Shown: one piece after another, positions 57,801-64,000 of the stretch | Numbering within the stretch: the first letter of the stretch is position 1 | Layout of the letters: every line of letters starts with the position of its first letter | Origin: Lama guanicoe | Lineage: Eukaryota | Reading direction: 5' to 3' | Length of the DNA stretch: 64,000 nt | NCBI GenBank assembly: GCA_013239625.1 | Contig: MU053594.1 | Location: forward strand, 1,148,536 to 1,212,535 | Program-made: the position numbers and the translations under genes | Notes under the pieces: generated by a model | Told to the model about the DNA's origin: nothing | What the model saw: only the letters and a program-made list of their open reading frames with translations | The model's database searches: none

Positions 57801-58824
57801 TCTGCTGGCCTCCAGTGGCCCTTGTTGGGGTGTCCGGGCTGAGCACGCATTCTAGGTGGGAGCTGTATCCGAATGAATGATGTGCATCACGGCCACATGG
57901 AGAAGGGACTCCAGTGCAGGGCAGCAGCGAGGTGCCCCGCTGATGGCAGGACGAGAGGCTCAGGCTGGCCTGGGAGTCGGGCTGCCACAGGCTTTGCAGG
58001 GACGCATCTCTGGGGAGGCGGGCAAGTGGCCTGGCCAGCTGTGTGCTGGGCTGTGATTTATTAACGCTCTTAGCCCAGGCCTTCCTGAAAGAGGTTTGCT
58101 GGGAATGAGGGAAGGAAATGGGGTACCCAACCCACTCACGATGCTGCTTTACGCCTGCTCCGGGCAGTGAGGTTTTCCTGGACCCTCTAACAGCAAAAGG
58201 GATTTGGAAACTTTTAAGTTCTCTGTTCACTGGTTCCAAACAGCCAGTGCGTAGGGATAGGCCAAACTGTTTGCCAGAAAGGCACTCAGCCTCCCCAAAG
58301 GGTAAGCAGGCCTCAGCCATCGGTCCACCTCCTGGTGAGACAGGAGGCTGAGGTGCATCCGTCTTTGCAGCCTGGGCAGCGACCTGCTTTCACAACTCAG
58401 GCCAGTGACTTTCCAGGCGGACTAGGATCAGGCCAGTGCCCACCAGCAGGTGTCAAAGGGCCTCACGAGGGAGGTAGAGCTTGGTACTGGTTTGGATGAG
58501 CCTCCACATGACTACAAGGCAGGGTTTCCCCATCTGGGCCTCAGTTTACCTCTCTGTAAAATCGGTTCACTCCCCCTGCCCTGTCAGCCTCCGTGAGGCC
58601 GAGTAGGTGCGGGGAGAAGGCTGGCTGACGGGATCTGTGGGAGCAGGCGGTGCACGACTCCCAGTGATTTCTATTTCTGTGGTCTATGCTGATGACACGG
58701 TGTTTTCTGCCGACAGGAGCCCAGCAGCTGTTCCCTCCCGCTCACCCCTGCGGCGTCGCTGTGAGGGGGAGTATTTCTAGTGCTCACTGACAGCTTTCAG
58801 TGCCAGGGGATGCTTTCTTCAGCT

Positions 58825-59060
58825 CCTAATGGCGACGCCTTACATGTGGATGGCACTTTACAGTTTACAAAGCAACTTCAGAGACCAGCCTCCAGAACAC
58901 CCTTTTGAGGTGGATCCGGCAGGCTGGTCCAGGCCTGCGTCAGGGATGAGGAAACACCTGCCCGGTTAGATGCGCTCACCCTGTGCCTGGTTTATGCCAC
59001 CATCGGGGGCGGAGCTGGGGGCTGGCAGGCTCACCCCACAGCACTGGGCCGCCCCATCCA
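58825..59060 (-). mobile_element. MIR (MIRb/c-type) SINE
   Basis: GCACTTTACAGTTTACAAAGCA...TGAGGTGG...GATGAGGAAAC...GGCGGAGCTGGG. Confidence 0.7.
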
Positions 59061-59107
59061 CTTCACCTTTGCTTCCACAAAGCCTCTCGGGAAACCTGCT
59101 CCCTGAT

Positions 59108-59126
59108 NNNNNNNNNNNNNNNNNNN
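59108..59126. other. Assembly gap (19 N) next to a poly-A run
   Basis: N run followed by about 17 A. Confidence 0.98.
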
Positions 59127-61989
59127 AAAAAAAAAAAAAAAAAAGAATAGAAAAGAAAAGAAAAAAAAATCGTTCTAGCTCACATCTAGCTTTTCACTGT
59201 AATAAGAGTACTAAGGAATAGTTTATTTGGGAGGAGTGGTGGGAAGTAAATTATAAAAAGAAAAAAAGATGAAGAGGGTTTCTATGCTGGAAAGCTGCTT
59301 TCTGTCCCCAGAACTGAGCTCCTGCTAGCATCGCTGGCTCAAAATAAATCCCCTTTTCAGATGTGACCCTTTCCCCTAAGCCTTCCACAAACTCAAGCCA
59401 GATAGGTTTGAGGGAGAGTGTGAGCTATTTTCACCACCATCTGGGGTTCTCCCTATTCTTTGCTGGAGGGGGAAAAAAAAAAAAAAAAGAAAAGAAAAAG
59501 ACAGTTGAAAATCCTGGAGAATTTCCCCCTGTTGTGAATTTGCGCCCAGCTGTCTGCACCCACCAGCATGCCGGCCGTTCCACTGTGGGGCCCGGGGGTC
59601 AACGCTGTTTTTCCTCTTGGAAGACTCACTTTGCCTCCCACCTCTGAGCAAAAGCAGCAGTGACAAGCCAACCACAGTCTAGTCCCTGGCTCCACGGGGG
59701 CCCCCGGGGTCTGGGGAAACCTGGACACGACCTTCGATGTCCAAGGGGCAGGAAGGGCGCCCTGGCCCCGCAGGCCTAGCTTCTGAAGGCGACTGTTCTG
59801 TGAACTCCAGCTCCAGAAACGCTCCCACCGCCCGCCCTTGTGCACTCTGTCTTCTCTGGGTCCTGCTTGAGTGGTGGCCAAGATTGTGAGCCACTGAGAT
59901 AAAAAAATAAATAAATAAAAATGCTTGTAGGGAGGAAAGCCTGGAGGTTAAGCCTAGCCTCCTGATGGCAAAAGGCCCTCAGAAGGACAGGAGAACCAAC
60001 ACAGTGAAAAATCCTTGCAAACAGCCCTCCTTTCCCACTTCGCGCCCCACCTCTCTCCCTCTTCCGCTCTGTCCCTTCCTCCTCTCATCTTTTTTTTCCC
60101 CCCTTTTTCTCTTTTCCCCAGTAAAACCTACCTCCATTACCTAACAGAGAGCACCTCTTCCACAGACCCTTCAGTTTAGTATCATCTGTAACCAATGAGG
60201 TTTGTGTCAGTTTTAACCCTTGGTAAAATTCTGTTAGAGTGAACAGTGAATTCCAAGAAACTGTCTAAATAATTTGGCTACGTTGAAAGTTTTTGTAGTA
60301 AACGTTGCTAGGAGAAAAATTATGGCTGAATATCTTTGAGGCCGCAGAGTCTTTTTATTGTAAGGGCATTTGACACAATATTAGGGACAGGGATGTCCCA
60401 GGTACGGTGTGGACACTTCCTCTAATCCATAGGACTTCACTTGCCACTGCCACCAGGCTCCTTCTAGATCCTCTCGGATGCCTCCATCCAGGAGCTGGCC
60501 AGGTGCTCCTCACAGCTGTATGATCAGCTGGAATTAATTATCCTCTAAGGATTCTGGGAGGACTTCCTGTGTGATTAGCATCTGGTTGGGTACCGCAAAG
60601 AAATTCCAAAACATAAGACAAGATTCCTGCTCTTGTGGTGTTTATAGTCTAGACGAGGGGGATGCATCCAACACACACACAGCCAAATTGAACAGAGCAG
60701 GACCACACCGAGTTAAGGGCTCTATGGTGGTGGACGGCAAATGCCATCCTCAGTCTGCCTGCCCTGGGAACCCAGCCTTCCAGGCACAGGTGAAGACTAA
60801 GCCAGCCTCCCTCTCCATCCCCATCCTCCCAGTGTCTCAGAGTCCTTTGCTCATTGTAGACAAATGCCCCTACAGAACGTCTCACATTGTGTTGTGTGGT
60901 GATTATTTTCATCTCTATCTCTATAAGCGTTTTGAGCTCAAAGGCTCCATCTTGCAAAGTATCTGGTAAGGAACTGGGGGCCTCATCAGTTTTTAAGAAA
61001 TTTTAAAAATGTTTATTGGATGCCTAATGTGAGCCAAGGGCTGGTGCCAGAGAACTGCTGGCTGGCTGCCCTCCCCTGTGGGATTCTGTAACAGCAACGT
61101 TATACCTCATTCCTCTTCCAAGGTGCACGGGGAGAGGCGCTGCTCCGGGGGACTGGATATGGAATCACAGCAGGAGATCCGCGCGGGTGGTAGGAAGTTA
61201 GAACCCTGAGGACCACTTCTCTAGGCACAACTGTGGGGTCAGGTAGTCTAGTTTGGAGCAGTCGGAGGTGGAAACAGGCTGCTCTGGTCCCCTCTTAGCT
61301 ACATCTTGGGGAGAATTGATGTCTGCATGTTAATGCTCTCCAAGATGTCATTAACCGCCCAGACACCCTTCCCGCTGAGACAGGACCCATGAGGAGGGGT
61401 GGACGAGGAGAGAGAACTCCCTTCGAGGGTCCTGTCCTTTGCTCCGTGAGAAGTGATCTATTAGAGGCTGACAAGTCAATAAAGGCAATTTAAGTCCCTT
61501 TCTTGGAGTCTGTGTGACTTACAGGAAGGCAATGGTGGGGCGCCAGGGTGGGGCCATGGGCCCTTTGCGCCCTCCCCTCTCTCAATTATAGCAAATTTGC
61601 CTAATGCACTAAAAGCCAATGAATCAAGTCGCCTGGTGATGGGATGTGGAAGGCGAGGGGGAAGACGTCGGATGCTGGCAGATGCCCTGCTAACCTTGGC
61701 TTTAATTAGGTTTGAGTGGATAACAAACAAAACAATCCTTCATTTGAGACAACTAACCGTGGTGAAAAAGTGGCCCAGAGTTGGTTCTTGCAAATAAGTG
61801 ACATCCTGGGTCTTGAGGGAGGCCTTTGTTACTTCCCCAGTCTGGATCACATTTCTCGAAAGAGTTGGTGGATTTAGACCCATATTCTCCAAACCGGGGC
61901 CCAAGTTAACACCTGCTTGTCCCTTGTGATGGGATGGGAATCCCACAGTGTTTGAGCTCAGCAGGATTAATCACAAGGAGGAAGTCACA

Positions 61990-62542
61990 GCATTCTTCTC
62001 TTTCATGCTAAGGGTAGAATTTTAGTAGTCTTAAAATTTAATCAAAAATTCTACAAAATCAGTAGACCATATTGATTGAAACTGCCAAGGTCAAGAAAGA
62101 TAAGGAAAGATTTACGACCTATTCCAGGTTCAACGCTATAAAGAGACATCATGACAACTGAGTGTAACCTGTGATCCAGAAGTTTCTTCTCCCACATTGA
62201 GCACTATTGGAGTAATGGGAGAATTTGAATAAAGGCTTTACATTAGCTAATAGTATTGTTACAATGCTAATTTTCTAATTTTGGATTATTATTGTACTAT
62301 GTTCATGTAAGACAATGTCCTTATTTTAGAAAATATACACTGAAGGGGTACACTGGCATCGTATCTGCAACTCACACTCAAATGTTCTGAAAAAAAATCT
62401 ATCTCTATCCATCCATCAAAAGCAAAGTTGGTAAAACACGTGTGGGATCCAGGCGAAGAATAGATGGGAATTCTTTGTGTTAAGTTTGCGTCTTTTCTGT
62501 AAGCGTGAACTCACAGCAAAGTGAAAAGCTTTTTTAAAAAAT
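61990..62542 (+). mobile_element. L1MC-type 3' end
   Basis: CAAGGTCAAGAAAGATAAGGAAAG...AGAGACATCATGACAACT...TGTAAGACAATGTCCTTATTTTAGAAAATATACACTGAAG...TCTTTTCTGTAAG. Confidence 0.85.
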
Positions 62543-62744
62543 ACAGTTGGTCAAGAGATTGGCAGCTAGGACCAGGGGAACAATATGTGTCAGTCCTTTT
62601 CTCTTCTGCTCTTTCCAAACCATCCTCTCCATCCAAATCATGGCCAGGTTTGGGGTGTAAATCTCTGAATGCACAGGGAGTGGTGGGCGATTTCTGTAAG
62701 GGAAGAGGTTTCTCACATGATGAGGTTACATGAAGAAGTCTGCA

Positions 62745-62800
62745 CAAGGGACCAGTGGCTAGATGATCACCAAGTTCCTTTCTAGCTCCAAAGTTCTATA
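62745..62800 (+). mobile_element. MIR3/L3 3' tail
   Basis: CTAGATGATCACCAAGTTCCTTTCTAGCTCCAAAGTTCTAT. Confidence 0.6.
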
Positions 62801-63554
62801 AACTTTGGGTTCCATGAAGTAGAGGGGAAAAAACACTGCTGTGGTTTGAAGTCGTTCAAACAACTTGAAACTACCCTCTTGCTCTGCTTCTGCTATGATA
62901 CCCCCTAGGACCACACGTCGGGGGAGAGGTGGGGGTTCTACCTACTGCTGCATGGAGAGCTCCCCTTGTTCTGGACGCCCAAAGCAACGGTGATCCTTTC
63001 CTGCACCGGTCTCAGACAGCCCACCCCACCTCCTCCTTCCAGGATAACCCCTGCTCAATTTTGCTGACCTGATGGACTTCCACAGGGCTCCCAGGACCAA
63101 AAGTATGAGAACACAGCTAAGATGCAAAGGATTTGTACTGATACGCAATACGCCCCTATATGCGTATGGATGTACACATGTATTTTCTAACACCAGTCTC
63201 CAACATTATCAACCTTTAACAATTTTTAAAATGTCCTCCATTATAAAATATCTTTTAAAGATACTTAACAACAAACTGTCATCAGTTCTGAATTTCTCTG
63301 AACTTAAGGACCAAACCATCTGCCGAGAACTTCCGTGGCACCTTTGTAGGCGCTGAGTAAGTTGGCTGGTGGCACTTCTGGAAATAACCCCAGGGGTTCT
63401 TAGCCCCAAGCCACCAACCAGGAGCTGAGTCCCCTGCTCACAGGCAAGAAACAAGGAGATCTGGGGCTGGGAAAGGAGAACTGGCCACAGTGGATGACAA
63501 ACACTTTATTTTAATGTCCACTTTTTTGTTAGTTTGTTTTTGACTGTGCAGCAG

Positions 63555-64000
63555 GTGACTACGGCGGACATTGCTGCTTGACGTACTTAATCACCATTCT
63601 CTTCTCCTCTAGTATAAGAATCCCAATTTTGCTTGTGAGTAAAAATACCTTCCCAGACTGTCGGGGAGCTAGGAGCACTCAGATGATGTAGCTTCAGCAG
63701 GTGGGATTATAAGAAGAAATTGCAGAGAAGGTTGTTTTGCCTGATAAGAAATAGACTCAGCTGGCACTAGCCTTTTGCCTTTGCCTTTTCCCCATCTTCC
63801 AGCCTGGGAAGTGAGTGCCTGTGACGCCTGGGCTGGAGAGCAGCCATTCTTGGAGCCGGGAGGATGGGAGCGACAGTGTTGGTGCAGCCGGGTCTAGAAG
63901 AAACCTGGCCTCTTGGCTTCTTTCTGGGCTGCCCCCGGACATCTCATTATTTGGGGAAAATGTGCTCCTTGTGGTGGGGGTTTTTGTTACCTGTCCCTGA
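63555..64000 (+). mobile_element. Old ERVL-MaLR LTR (MLT1H-K-type), running to the window end
   Basis: CCATTCTCTTCTCC...AGAATCCCAATTTTG...CTTCCAGCCTGG...GCAGCCATTCTTGG...GGTTTTTGTTACCTG. Confidence 0.65.

Noticed and set aside
57682..58320. Longest ORF in the track (212 aa, minus strand)
   Set aside because: No recognisable domain, low-information S/L/P/C/R-rich composition, and it runs into a MER58A; consistent with a chance ORF in GC-rich DNA
58443..58456. Additional CTCF-like word CCAGCAGGTGTCAA
   Set aside because: Mismatch in the conserved GGC core; too weak to call without ChIP or conservation data

Overview
Mammalian genomic DNA with no recognisable protein-coding exon, rRNA, true tRNA gene or CRISPR array. 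It is intergenic or lies inside a very long intron. Two tRNA-derived SINEs match the camelid Vic-1 family as I recall it, which points to a camel, alpaca or llama genome. A large part of the window is interspersed repeat: ancient MIR, L2 and CR1/L3 elements, MLT1 and MER21 LTRs, hAT MITEs (MER3, MER5, MER58), old L1M fragments, younger L1 3' ends with target-site duplications (TSDs), and one clean TG...CA solo ERV1-type LTR. The unique DNA between repeats is GC-rich at about 19-33 kb and 46-61 kb. It holds a weak CpG island, many homeodomain, POU, SOX, FOX, RFX and CRE motif clusters that look like distal enhancers, and a few isolated + strand splice-signal pairs that could belong to a spliced non-coding RNA. 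The six-frame ORFs appear to be chance or repeat-derived. I found no convincing novel biological system. The best leads are an 88-bp tandem duplication with poly-G runs, a dismembered CR1 RT fossil, CpG-rich old repeats suggesting GC-biased gene conversion, and candidate exons and enhancers. Repeat subfamily names come from recall of consensus sequences, and most boundaries are approximate (tens of bp).
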